Positions 1 through 9,494 are shown, counted from the first letter of the stretch. The stretch: DNA of 64,000 nucleotides from an uncultured Desulfobacter sp. (GCA_963665095.1 OY762069.1:128001-192000); one strand, 5' to 3'. The notes: a model not told the origin generated them from the sequence alone. Numbers and translations: made by a program.

Positions 1-1389
1 ATAGAGGAAAAACATGCCAAGGCACAGCTTCGCTGGCTTCCGGCCGACGGCCTGGAGATCAATTTCCAGGGCGGTGTTGATCAGAGCCGCAACGGCGTCG
101 GCCCCATGGTTTCCTCGATGGATGAGGTGGTCTATCACGAGTACAGGAACCCCGATAACAAGAACGACGCCGATGCCTTTGATTCCGCGTTGAACATCAA
201 CTATTCTCTTGGGTTTGGCGAGTTCATATCCACAACGACCTACAGGAAAAAGAAATCTGATTTCAAAGAGTATTTAACGGACTTGAGTTCGGGACGGGTT
301 GCCGATCTGGAAAACCGGACCTTTACCCAGGAATTCCGACTGCAGTCTCCTGACAAGGCTTCCGGTCTGAAATGGACGCTCGGCTTGTATTATGCCGACG
401 AAAACGTCATGGCTAATGAATTCGGACGGACCATCAACATGAACAGCGTGCTGGGCTACTCATTAAGAAGGGACTGGCCCTACGATCAGGACGAAACCAC
501 CATGGCCGCTTTTGGACAGGCCACCATCCCCCTCTTTGCCAATGTCAACTTTCTGGCGGGCCTGCGATATGAAAAAGATAAAAAAGCCTTGAACTATACG
601 GGGGTGACGACCCGAATGGACACGAACCAGCGGGTGTCGCAGGCAGAATGGTACGATGAAGATGACTGGGATGCCCTGCTGCCCAAAGGCGTTCTCTCCT
701 GGAACGTCACCCCGGATGCCATGCTTTATGCCAGTGTGGCTAAGGGATATCTTGCCGGCGGATACAATAAAATGACAACCGGTACGGATATAGAGGACGC
801 CAAGTTTGACGAGGAGACTTCCATTAACTATGAACTTGGCGCCAAGACAACCAGGCTGGACAACAGGCTTTCCCTGAATGCCTGCCTTTTTTATGTCGAC
901 ATTGAGGATATGCATGTTTACAGCCAGCCGATGCCCGGCGTCATGATCGCGTCCAATGCGGCAAAGGCCCATAGCCAAGGAATTGAACTGGAAGCCAGGG
1001 CAAGGCCCTTTGAGGGGATGGACATTAACGCGTCATTTGCCTGGACCCAAGCGGAGTTTGACGAGTATGGCGCCTTTACCGGAAAGACCCCGACCAGTAC
1101 GCCTGATTATTCCTTTTCCATGAGCGCCCAATACCGCCATTCCACAGGGGTGTATATCCGCTGTGAGATGCGGGGCTTCGGCAAAATCTACTATGACGAG
1201 GCCAATACAATTGAAAGGGATCACCTGGAATTGTTCAACGCCAAAGTGGGGTATGAACGGGACAGCTTTGATTTTTATGTATACGTAAACAACTTGACGG
1301 ATGAAAAATATTTTTCAGGCATGTCACCCCAATGCATCATGGTTGGGGCACCGCGCACAATGGGGGTGATGACGTCCATACGTTTCTGA
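1..1389 (+). CDS. TonB-dependent receptor, C-terminal part (5'-partial)
   Basis: Frame is open from base 1 (IEEKHAKAQLRW...). Beta-barrel motifs QEFRLQS, GYLAGG, NYELGAK, VNNLTDEKY and a terminal Phe. Confidence 0.93.
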   Translation: MEEKHAKAQLRWLPADGLEINFQGGVDQSRNGVGPMVSSMDEVVYHEYRNPDNKNDADAFDSALNINYSLGFGEFISTTTYRKKKSDFKEYLTDLSSGRVADLENRTFTQEFRLQSPDKASGLKWTLGLYYADENVMANEFGRTINMNSVLGYSLRRDWPYDQDETTMAAFGQATIPLFANVNFLAGLRYEKDKKALNYTGVTTRMDTNQRVSQAEWYDEDDWDALLPKGVLSWNVTPDAMLYASVAKGYLAGGYNKMTTGTDIEDAKFDEETSINYELGAKTTRLDNRLSLNACLFYVDIEDMHVYSQPMPGVMIASNAAKAHSQGIELEARARPFEGMDINASFAWTQAEFDEYGAFTGKTPTSTPDYSFSMSAQYRHSTGVYIRCEMRGFGKIYYDEANTIERDHLELFNAKVGYERDSFDFYVYVNNLTDEKYFSGMSPQCIMVGAPRTMGVMTSIRF

Positions 1390-1606
1390 CCCCTGATGCT
1401 TTTGTTTTGACGCTGCCCAATGGGTGACCGCAAGGCCCTAAAGGCAGCCCCAAAACCATTTCCGGCAAAATTCACCGGCCAGGCCAGGGATACATCCAAT
1501 GCCCAGGCTACAAGAGGAGACGCCCCCTCCCGAAGGAAGTTATTATGACGGGTTTTAAGACGATGTTTATCCTGCCTGGCCCATCTCGCGGTTTTCGATG
1601 TACTCA

Positions 1607-1795
1607 TCATAGGACATGAGTCGGTCGACGATTCCGCCGGACGTTGAGCGTATTGGAAGGTACAACGTGGGTGAGTCGCACATGAAAACTTGGTGCGAGT
1701 GGATTGTTGAATACGATAGGATTGTCCAAAATTTGATGGGCAGCTCGCATCATCGCAACTCTATTGGCCGTAAGACTGGGGTTGTTCAGTTTCAT
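1607..1795 (-). pseudogene. N-terminal fragment of a leucine-carboxyl-methyltransferase-like SAM-dependent methyltransferase
   Basis: PSLTANRVAMMRAAHQILDNPIVFNNPLA matches the family N-terminus. Similarity stops after ~35 aa. Start overlaps the upstream stop (ATGA) and has a GGAGG RBS. Confidence 0.6.
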
Positions 1796-2658
1796 ACATC
1801 CTCCAAGGATTTGGGTTGTATACCAAACTTGTTGTCTGATTTCCCCGTTATTGACTCACTGAAGTCTGTGATAAAATGACCAAATTCAATGCCATAAATT
1901 TTCTTAAAAATTTTATCATGGTCACTGATAGTTGTGAGTTCTTTCATATATGATAAAAATTTTTCCTTTCCAAATTTTTCAATTAGATAATCAACTATGC
2001 ACGCAAACTCGGAATACATGAATGTAATTCTGTACTGAACATCAAGCTTGATCCGGTCCTCGTTCTTAGTCTTGAAATATTCAGGAGGCATAAAATTGCC
2101 TTTTTGAATATAATCATAGGTTTCCTTTTTTGAAGGATACCATGATGTTCCCATTTGATTGGCACTATAAACAGCGATCCCCTCAAGCAACCATTCCGGG
2201 TAATTATAAGCTCTTGAAATACCGGAATGCTGATGAAGCAAACAATGGGATAACTCATGTGTAAGATAAATTTCTAATGAAATTTCGCCATTTTCAGCTT
2301 CTTTTAATGCCCATGGAGAAATAATTAAATCTCCATTATAAAAAGCACAAAACCGCGCTTTTGATATTGAACGTTTATAGTAACTGTTTTTGTCCTTAAA
2401 AATGAATATTCTTGGTTTCTTTAAAAACTTCCATTCATGAAACTTTTCAACGTTAGGGATTAAAGAATCAATTATTTTTAAATCAGGGTATTCTGCACCT
2501 TTTTGAACATAAACAATTGTGTTTGTTAATTCCTTTTTAGAAAACCCGATTATGAGAGGGGAATAAGGGAATAGCTTACCAAATAGAAAACTATAGACAA
2601 CTAGTCCCAAGATAAGAATGAAGCCAATTGCGATTGAATATTTCAGTTTATTCTTCAT
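1792..2658 (-). CDS. Membrane-anchored gluzincin-type (peptidase MA-like) zinc metallopeptidase
   Basis: N-terminal TM helix, HELSH (HExxH) and downstream PEWLLEGIA. AT-rich; starts just after an attC-like site. Confidence 0.7.
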   Translation of the reverse strand: MKNKLKYSIAIGFILILGLVVYSFLFGKLFPYSPLIIGFSKKELTNTIVYVQKGAEYPDLKIIDSLIPNVEKFHEWKFLKKPRIFIFKDKNSYYKRSISKARFCAFYNGDLIISPWALKEAENGEISLEIYLTHELSHCLLHQHSGISRAYNYPEWLLEGIAVYSANQMGTSWYPSKKETYDYIQKGNFMPPEYFKTKNEDRIKLDVQYRITFMYSEFACIVDYLIEKFGKEKFLSYMKELTTISDHDKIFKKIYGIEFGHFITDFSESITGKSDNKFGIQPKSLEDV

Positions 2659-2684
2659 TTCAAAAACATCAGTTTTTTATTCTG

Positions 2685-2733
2685 GTATAACGCAAAAATA
2701 ACCGGCATCATCCGGTTCATTTTTTTGTTGAGT
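2685..2733 (-). other. attC-like recombination site (short, 49 bp)
   Basis: Minus strand ACTCAAC-AAAAAAATGAACCGG-ATGATG-CCGGTTATTTTTGC-GTTATAC: R'' ending AAC, paired L boxes with an extrahelical G, R' starting GTT. Confidence 0.75.
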
Positions 2734-2759
2734 TCCAATGTTGTATCACTCAGGAATAG

Positions 2760-3671
2760 TTATCCAAACAGTACATTTTCCAATTTGTGAGTTGCTTTGA
2801 GCCGTTTGCGCGGTGCCATCCTTTCCAAATTCAGCAGCTTCCACTGGATGGCAGGCAACATCTGCACATCGGGCAGTGGAAATTTTTCCCAATCCGCATT
2901 TCCCTGCTTGAGATCAAGCAAAAAGCGCCTGTCATCGTTATTCAGGGCTTTATGGATTTGAATAACCAGTTTTGGCAAGGTATTCTGCAACCGCTCAAGA
3001 TTTACTGGTTCATATGCCATACCCTCAAACTCTGTTCTGTACAACGGAGAAATATCCTGAGATTTGGGTGCCAAAAGTTCAGCCATAGGCCGGTTATGGC
3101 CCATGAGATAGACCATGAACGCGTTTTTTAAAGTCTGGGTAATCCCCTCATGCTGGAGAAGCCAGTAGGTATCATATAGGTCTCTGGGGTGCTGCCGATC
3201 TAAAGTTGCGCAGATTTTTCCGGCAAAAAGATCTTCAAAACTCATCAAAGTCATGCTGGCAAATCCAAAGGTATTCTCTGCATTTTCTGATATTCTGCAC
3301 GTCTGGGACGGGTAGACGCTGCCCCGCAGAACCGGTGTTACTTCAATTTTGACATGAGTTCCACCTTGTTGCACCAGCAGTTTATACCGCTTATCTGTAC
3401 CTTTCAATTTCACTGCCTTTACCTGAGCCCGTGGAATTCGTTTTTGAATATCCTCAATGATATTTCCTAGTGCTGTATCAATTCCCTCAAGGCTTTGGTC
3501 ACGCCCTTCTACCGGCAGATAGGCCAGATCAATATCCACAGATAAACGTGGCATATCTCTTACGAACAAATTTATGGCTGTGCCGCCTTTTAATGCGAAA
3601 CAGGTCTGCTTTTCCACAAAGGGTAAAAGATTCACGAGCAGGCGCACTTGATCAGAATAGGGAGTTTTCAT
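2760..3671 (-). CDS. abiEii: AbiEii/AbiGii nucleotidyltransferase toxin (type IV TA)
   Basis: LKGGTAINLF, RLSVDIDL and GKICATLDRQHPRDLYD motifs; overlaps the upstream antitoxin gene. Confidence 0.93.
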   Translation of the reverse strand: MKTPYSDQVRLLVNLLPFVEKQTCFALKGGTAINLFVRDMPRLSVDIDLAYLPVEGRDQSLEGIDTALGNIIEDIQKRIPRAQVKAVKLKGTDKRYKLLVQQGGTHVKIEVTPVLRGSVYPSQTCRISENAENTFGFASMTLMSFEDLFAGKICATLDRQHPRDLYDTYWLLQHEGITQTLKNAFMVYLMGHNRPMAELLAPKSQDISPLYRTEFEGMAYEPVNLERLQNTLPKLVIQIHKALNNDDRRFLLDLKQGNADWEKFPLPDVQMLPAIQWKLLNLERMAPRKRLKATHKLENVLFG

Positions 3672-4434
3672 TTTCTTTGACCATTTGTCTCGGAATCGTT
3701 ATCTGATAGGCAGCATCAAACACACCGCCCTTGACCAGCATGCGCTTGCCTCGGCCCAAATCAATACCTTTGGTTTCCAGCTCTTTGTGCCAGGAATGAT
3801 CATGGCGATCACTAAACCATAAAAACAGCCGTTTTGCTTTCACCTGTTTGCAGCGTGTCAACAACTCGCCAAGCAGTTTCGGCCTTAAATTAACGGCGCC
3901 TTCAAAAAACGTATCAGCTACTGAAAAATCAGCCGTTTCCCGTACATCTGCTAATAATTCTAGCAGGGCAAGTTCCGGGGTACTAAAGGGAATCGACCAA
4001 TCCCAGGGCCCATAGGGCCGGGTGGTTAAGCCAGGTTTGGGAAGTTCTTCAAACAGTCGTTTGATATGGATTTCAAATCTGAAAGAATCTGAGAAAATGT
4101 GGGTCCAATCCGGTATTTTCCCAGTGCTGTACAGGCCAATCCGTTGCGTATCACCCAACGGCAGATAGTGGGCCAAACCCTGCAATTCAAGGGCACTGCG
4201 GCCGCCTACGTGTACTGCATATCCCATTTCATTCAGGGAAAAGACCACATGCTCCCACTTAAGTGGGGGGCCTGGACGTCTATATATGCCATGACTTAAG
4301 GCCACGAGCTTACCAGCCCGTAAGGCGTAGTCCACCCTGGGCCTGTTAAACCCTCGTTCCTTTAACCAGGTACGATTCACTAATTGCCCATCCGGGAGGT
4401 GTTGCTCAAGTCTTTTTATATTTTTAGGTGGCAT
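3652..4434 (-). CDS. abiEi: AbiEi family antitoxin (type IV TA)
   Basis: N-terminal wHTH (GIYRRPG), VHVGGRSALELQGLAHY, STPELALLELL, KAKRLFLWF, LGRGKR motifs. Confidence 0.9.
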   Translation of the reverse strand: MPPKNIKRLEQHLPDGQLVNRTWLKERGFNRPRVDYALRAGKLVALSHGIYRRPGPPLKWEHVVFSLNEMGYAVHVGGRSALELQGLAHYLPLGDTQRIGLYSTGKIPDWTHIFSDSFRFEIHIKRLFEELPKPGLTTRPYGPWDWSIPFSTPELALLELLADVRETADFSVADTFFEGAVNLRPKLLGELLTRCKQVKAKRLFLWFSDRHDHSWHKELETKGIDLGRGKRMLVKGGVFDAAYQITIPRQMVKENENSLF

Positions 4435-4493
4435 GGTTTATAAATTCTCTTAAATGCATATTGTATACATGCATTTAAAGAAAATTTCAAACC
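4435..4493. promoter_or_regulatory. Long inverted-repeat operator upstream of abiEi (probable autorepression site)
   Basis: GGTTTATAAATTCTCTTAAATGCAT...ATGCATTTAAAGAAAATTTCAAACC abuts the abiEi ATG. AbiEi antitoxins are known to bind inverted repeats in their own promoters. Confidence 0.65.
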
Positions 4494-4630
4494 GCTTGTT
4501 TGAAATTTATATGAATTGCATAAATATGTAACGCAATTCATTTCTTTTATAAACTATGAATTGATTTCAATCGCGGTCCTGACCTGCATCAAGTTTAGTG
4601 TCACTATCATTTTATCTCATATCGTCATAT

Positions 4631-5176
4631 CGGGTCGGACCAAGCTATATCCTTTATTCATAGGCATCTTGCTGCCAAATCACGGTGTTATTAGGGGCTA
4701 TATTGCTGTTTTTGCCCCTTTTCGATAATTTTACGACCTTTTGCCCTCAAACCCAATTGAGACAGAATATCATTTATGAAATTGTTACTACCAACTGCCA
4801 GGCTTTCGGTTCATCTTTCCTTTCTCTTGATAATATCAGCTTTTAATGCACTATCAATCCAATTCTTGTGAGCTGTTTGAAAAGCATTAAAAGTATCAAA
4901 TATAATCAAGGACGACAAGGTGATATCTTTTCTTGGATTGATAAAGCCACTGCATCCATCGGTGTCGATCCTTAGCGAATTTGAATAGAAATTCCCTTTT
5001 ATGACAACAATGGGTTAAGTGCCAGATGTGTCCTGGAATATAATGTCTATTCGCTCTTGCCATTTTTATTCCTATATTGCTCTTTTTGGCCCCCAAAAAT
5101 CAATTATAGACCCGTTTTAGAGGGTATTTATTAAGTTATTTCCTTAATTGACAGCCTTTTTGCTCGGTCCGACCCG
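4631..5176 (-). mobile_element. Internally deleted RAYT/IS200-like (Y1 HUH transposase) element bounded by 15-bp inverted repeats
   Basis: CGGGTCGGACCAAGC (4631-4645) versus the reverse complement of 5162-5176, CGGGTCGGACCGAGC (14/15 match). Transposase remnants lie inside. Confidence 0.75.
4720..5063 (-). pseudogene. REP-associated tyrosine transposase (RAYT) remnant
   Basis: N-terminus MARANRHYIPGHIWHLTHCCHKREFL stops before the HUH motif. It is joined to a C-terminal piece AHKNWIDSAL...R*TESLAVGSNNFI...LGLRAKGRKI with an in-frame stop. Confidence 0.8.
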
Positions 5177-5261
5177 CTTCCGCTAGTTTAAATTTTCATT
5201 AACCAGACATCTTCGAAAAAGCCGCGCAGTAAGCCCGGTCGGGTTCATTGGTTTGTTTGCT
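5177..5261 (-). other. Truncated attC-like site (left arm only)
   Basis: Minus strand AGCAAAC-AAACCAATGAACCCGACC begins 12 bp after the stop of 5274-5756. The right arm breaks at GCGGGT, where the RAYT element end starts. Confidence 0.55.
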
Positions 5262-5273
5262 CATTGCTTATTG

Positions 5274-5756
5274 TTAACCAACTGGAATTCCGGTATTTTT
5301 ATCATAGAGCAAAATCATATTGACTATTTCATTTTCTCGATTCCATTGATGATAAAACCAATTATTACCTGATGACTCTATCAGCTCTCGTAGCTGATTT
5401 TGAATATTCAACTCCCCATCGTATCGTTCAAACAATGTTGGGAAATTATCCTGATTAGGATTTCTTGTGTGAATATAGATTGCATCTTGACTTGAATCAT
5501 CAATATCTATGATACAAAAAGTTTGAAAATCTTCTTTTCTATCTGATAATTTTCTTTTCAGAAACTCAAAGCGCCTCAATAGGGCTTTTAAGTGTGGCTC
5601 CCTTGCTTTCCATGATTTTTTCCCAAGACCATACCAATCTGGATGATCATGCCAGAAATCAAACCAAGAATTAAATGCAAGCCGGTCAAAATATTTTTCA
5701 AGATCACCATTCAACAGCGTGTTGAAGTATCTTCTTTGTCCTCGGATTTTTCTCAT
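5274..5756 (-). CDS. Hypothetical cassette protein
   Basis: 160-aa AT-rich ORF filling the space between two attC-like sites. Distinctive WFDFWHDHPDWYG segment; no function recognised. Confidence 0.75.
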   Translation of the reverse strand: MRKIRGQRRYFNTLLNGDLEKYFDRLAFNSWFDFWHDHPDWYGLGKKSWKAREPHLKALLRRFEFLKRKLSDRKEDFQTFCIIDIDDSSQDAIYIHTRNPNQDNFPTLFERYDGELNIQNQLRELIESSGNNWFYHQWNRENEIVNMILLYDKNTGIPVG

Positions 5757-5788
5757 ATCTTGTATAGTTCATTTCATTGTTTTTGTAC

Positions 5789-5877
5789 GCTAAACGTTGA
5801 GTTAAGCGGAAAAATTATAACCCAAAAACAACGTAAAACCCGGCGGGTACTTTTCCGTCTTCAACTCTTTGTTACAT
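5789..5877 (-). other. attC recombination site (89 bp)
   Basis: Minus strand ATGTAAC-AAAGAGTTGAAGACGGAAAA...TTTTCCGCTTAACTCAAC-GTTTAGC. Arms pair with two extrahelical bases (G, A). Confidence 0.85.
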
Positions 5878-7421
5878 TAACCGGGTCGAAGCCTCGCAGT
5901 TGATTTCTTGGGTAAAAGCAGGGGAATCCTTATTTTCAAACTTAGATTTAACAGCACAGATTCTAAAATTTGCCTGGTAAAATTGAGTGAGCATTAAGAT
6001 TCTTCCTTCTACTTTATCCGGTCAGGCTTGAAAAAGAGCCGAAAAACCTGGTACCGGAGCGGATTGCCGATACGAGTCCCTGACAGGGAACTGCCTATTT
6101 TGATATCGGTAATTGTTTCCAAAGTAAAGCTTTTTATGGTTCCCCTGATTTAGCCGGAATTTGCTTGGCCTTGGTTTTTGGTAAGTCGTCTTTCACCACG
6201 TTGCCATGACCGTCCAGCACCAGGATCGTTATCATGTTCCCTTTGCCGCAGGCCGGGCATTGAGGCGTCTGTTCTTTCAGGGGTTCAGGATCAGGGGTAT
6301 CCCGGTCATTCAATGCCTGGCGTATTTCCGATATATTTCGTCCTGCCTGCCCGTTGGCCAGAAACCCATAATATCTGATCCGATGAAAGTGTTTTGGAAG
6401 AACATGCAAAAGGAAACGATCAATGAAGCTCATTACCGGTAAAGAAGTTGTTTCCCACTTGGATTTATTCCGGGTGTTTTTAAACCAGAACTCCACAGTC
6501 TCGTTGTTAACGGATATAATCCTGTTGTTGCTGATGGCTGTTGAATGGGTGTATCTACCGATATATTTAACGACTTCGGCTGGACCTGAGAATGGTGGTT
6601 TGGAATATACCACCCAGTCTTTTGGAGCGGTATGGTACAGCCATTGCCTGAATGCGCAGGGTTTTGAAAGATGAGCCAGTTCATCCGGGATGTTTAATCG
6701 TCCTCGACCGTGGGCTGCAATAAGGCCGCTAAGGAACTTTGCCCTGAATACATTTGAAAGCGCTTTGACCGGAAACAGGAATGTTGAGCTGTACTTGGGC
6801 TCCACCCATTCCCCATAAGTGTTTATTCCGCCTGCAGTGACAATGAAATGGATGTGGGGATGCAGCCAGAGTTTGCCGCCCCAGGTGTGGAGGATACCGT
6901 AGAACCCGATCTTGGCTCCAAGACGCTTTGGATTCTCCCCGAATTCCAGCAGGGTCTGGGAGGCGCTTTCAAACAACAGGTCATACATTACCCGCCGGTT
7001 GAACCGGCACAAAGGGTTGAAGATATCCGGCAATGTGAAAACGCAGTGGTGATAGGACACCGGAAGCAGATCGTTGATCCTGGCCGTCACCCATCTGTGA
7101 CGGGCGATATTGTTTCAACCCGGACAATGGCGGTTCCGGCAGGAGTTGTATCCTTTTTCAAGGTGGCCGCATGTGTCGCATAGCTCCCAGTGGGTGCCAA
7201 ATTCTCCGCGTCGGCAGTGCTCGATATCGTACATAACCTTGTGTTGTCTGGGGTGCAGGCGGTGTGCTGATCTGAAGGGAGGACCGTATTTTCTAAATAT
7301 ATCTCCGACGCTTGGACCGGAAAAGTTTGCACCATAGATTATGAAGTCCTTATTTTATAGGCGTTTCGAGCTCTGTAGTTGGCTTCAAGATGTTGCATTC
7401 ACCGTCCAGGTTTAATGTAAT
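5871..7421 (-). mobile_element. IS91-family-like element occupying a cassette position between two attC sites
   Basis: Contains a Y2 transposase. Ends ATTACATTAAACCTGGACG (minus strand from 7421) and GTTACATTAACCGGGTCG (plus strand from 5871) are imperfect inverted repeats overlapping the attC R boxes. Confidence 0.7.
6134..7335 (-). pseudogene. IS91-family (Y2) rolling-circle transposase, disrupted
   Basis: Zn domain CDTCG...YNSCRNRHCPG*, HCVFTLP, LHTWG, HPHIH, YIGRY, HRIRYYGFLAN. In-frame TGA at 7117-7115. The RBS-linked ATG at 7335 is out of frame with the Zn domain. Confidence 0.88.
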
Positions 7422-7462
7422 GTGAAAATCACCGGTTTATCCGGTTCATTTTTTTGTTGGAA
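7415..7462 (-). other. attC-like site (short, 48 bp; R' GTT changed to ATT)
   Basis: Minus strand TTCCAAC-AAAAAAATGAACCGG-ATAAA-CCGGTGATTTTCAC-ATTACAT; near copy of the 2685-2733 site. Confidence 0.7.
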
Positions 7463-7474
7463 TTAAGCATCGTG

Positions 7475-7552
7475 CTCCCGGAATTTGCTGGCGAAAAGCA
7501 ATGTCCTGTCAATTACATATATTGTCCCCGGAACTCATAGCCCCCGGAACTC
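7475..7552 (+). repeat. Three short direct repeats with core CCCGGAAYT (REP-like)
   Basis: CTCCCGGAATT at 7475, TGTCCCCGGAACTC at 7523, CCCCCGGAACTC at 7541. Confidence 0.5.
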
Positions 7553-7793
7553 AAAATTTTTAAACCGTTGGTGCTGCCAAAAGACGATACTCAAGGTTCG
7601 CGCCTCCTTTACTAATCATCTTCTAACAATAGATCTTCATTTTGGTATTATATTATTCCTATAGATGCCCATAACTATAACCGCCATGGGATGATCTGGC
7701 CTTGCCAACATCCGGAATCACCCCTGATAAAATATAAAAGCAACTGAATAGCTTATTGAAATTTATATATAAAACCTGCCAAAGGAGAAACCA

Positions 7794-9494
7794 ATGGAAC
7801 GCTGTTTTAAACCTGGGATAATTGTATTGGCCTGGGTGTTGATTTTTATAGTTGCCGTTCTGGCACCGGGCTGCTCAGACAATTCCGGGCAAAATAATCA
7901 GCAGGGCTCCGGCACCTTAAATGATTCGTCCGGAAACTTTGTTGTCTATGCCGGTTCGGAAATGAGCGGTCTGGAGCCCATGATCAAAAAATGGGCCCGA
8001 AAACAGGGGGTGAACATTGAGATTCATTATCAGGGATCCATAGACATGATGCGCATGATGACAGACGGTACCGCCACTGTGGCTGATGCATTCTGGCCGG
8101 CCCATACCATCTGGTTTATCCTGGGCGACACCGGGCATGTGGTGAAAAATAAACGCAGCATCATGGTCTCCCCCATCGTGGCCGGCTTAAAGAAGCATGT
8201 GGTCAAGCAGCTGGGCTGGGACAAAACAAGCCCCACCATGGAGCAGTTCCTGGCTGCCGCAAAACAAGGCAGGTTTAAATACGGTAAAACCAGCTCGACC
8301 CAGTCCAACTCCGGTGCGCTCTTCCACCTGGCAGCCTGGTGGGCATTTGCCGGGAAACCCGAAACCTGGACCATGGATCTGGTGAAAAATCCTGACATCC
8401 AGGCCCGGGTCAAGGAGATGGAGTCCACAGTGGCGGCCACGTCTGGCAGCTCGGGATGGCTGAAATCAAAAATTGTGGAGAACGCCGGCAAACTGGACGG
8501 CATGATCAACTATGAAGCCATGGTCAGTGAAGCCAATATCGGCTGGACCACAATTGATAAACATACCGGAAAAGAAGTCCGCCACCCGGGCCTGATTAAA
8601 AAAGGGCTTGAGCCGTTGCATGTGGTCTACATCTGTGATGCCACCATGATGGCGGACCACCCTTTAGGCTATGTGGATAAAGGCGATGCTGCAAAGGAAA
8701 AGATATTCAATGACCTGCAGGCCTATCTGCTCTCAGCAGATGCCCAGAAAGAGATGATCACCAAGGGCAGGCGGAACAGACTGCTGGCCATGGACCCCTC
8801 CCTGGCAGATAAAAAGGCGTTTAATCCGGACCACGGGTTTGATGTAAAGAGGGTGATCGCCCCGATTCAGCCGCCCCGGGAAGATGTGCTTACTGCCATT
8901 CTGGACCTTTACCAGGAAGAGGTCAGAAAGCCGTCTGCCACGGTGTGGGTCATTGACGATTCAGGCTCCATGTATAACAACGGCGGCAAAAATGCGGTCC
9001 AGCAGGCCATGTCCATTCTGCTTACCCCGGACAAGGCAAAAGCGTATAAACTCCAGCCCACTGCCAAGGATATTCATGTGGTGCTCCCCTTTAGTGATGC
9101 CCCGGGAAGACCGCTCACCGCAGAAGGCAACGACCCGGCTGTTCTGGGCTCCCTGATGAATAAGGTTGCCCTCATGCACCTTGGATCAGGCACGGATATG
9201 TACGCAGGAGTTGTGGCAGCCCTGGAATATATCAAACAGAACGAGAATTTGATCAAGGACCATTTCCCGGCCATTGCCGTGCTCTCTGACGGGCAGTCCA
9301 AAGGCAGCCTTGACAGTGTCAGGCAGGCGGTTGCACGCCTAAACCTTGAAGATATCCCCATTTTTACACTCAGTTTCGGGGACAAGGCAGACGAACGCCA
9401 GCTCAAGGAGCTTGCAACCACCTTTGGCGGAAGATATTTTTCAGGACAACATAATGTCGCCAATGCATTCAGGAAAATGAAAGGCTATAATTAG
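7794..9494 (+). CDS. Lipoprotein with a solute-binding (PBP-II) domain and a C-terminal vWA domain
   Basis: Signal peptide with lipobox-like LAPGC. PBP motifs SPIV, TQSNSG, SSGWL, INYEA, ADHPL. vWA MIDAS DDSGSM...GTDMY...LSDG. Confidence 0.85.
   Translation: MERCFKPGIIVLAWVLIFIVAVLAPGCSDNSGQNNQQGSGTLNDSSGNFVVYAGSEMSGLEPMIKKWARKQGVNIEIHYQGSIDMMRMMTDGTATVADAFWPAHTIWFILGDTGHVVKNKRSIMVSPIVAGLKKHVVKQLGWDKTSPTMEQFLAAAKQGRFKYGKTSSTQSNSGALFHLAAWWAFAGKPETWTMDLVKNPDIQARVKEMESTVAATSGSSGWLKSKIVENAGKLDGMINYEAMVSEANIGWTTIDKHTGKEVRHPGLIKKGLEPLHVVYICDATMMADHPLGYVDKGDAAKEKIFNDLQAYLLSADAQKEMITKGRRNRLLAMDPSLADKKAFNPDHGFDVKRVIAPIQPPREDVLTAILDLYQEEVRKPSATVWVIDDSGSMYNNGGKNAVQQAMSILLTPDKAKAYKLQPTAKDIHVVLPFSDAPGRPLTAEGNDPAVLGSLMNKVALMHLGSGTDMYAGVVAALEYIKQNENLIKDHFPAIAVLSDGQSKGSLDSVRQAVARLNLEDIPIFTLSFGDKADERQLKELATTFGGRYFSGQHNVANAFRKMKGYN

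Noticed and set aside
4805..4820. In-frame TGA in the RAYT remnant as recoding
   Set aside because: It falls at a probable Trp position in a gene already missing its catalytic core, so it is an ordinary nonsense mutation.
7475..7552. CRISPR array
   Set aside because: The repeats are only about 9-14 bp with irregular spacing, and there are no cas genes.
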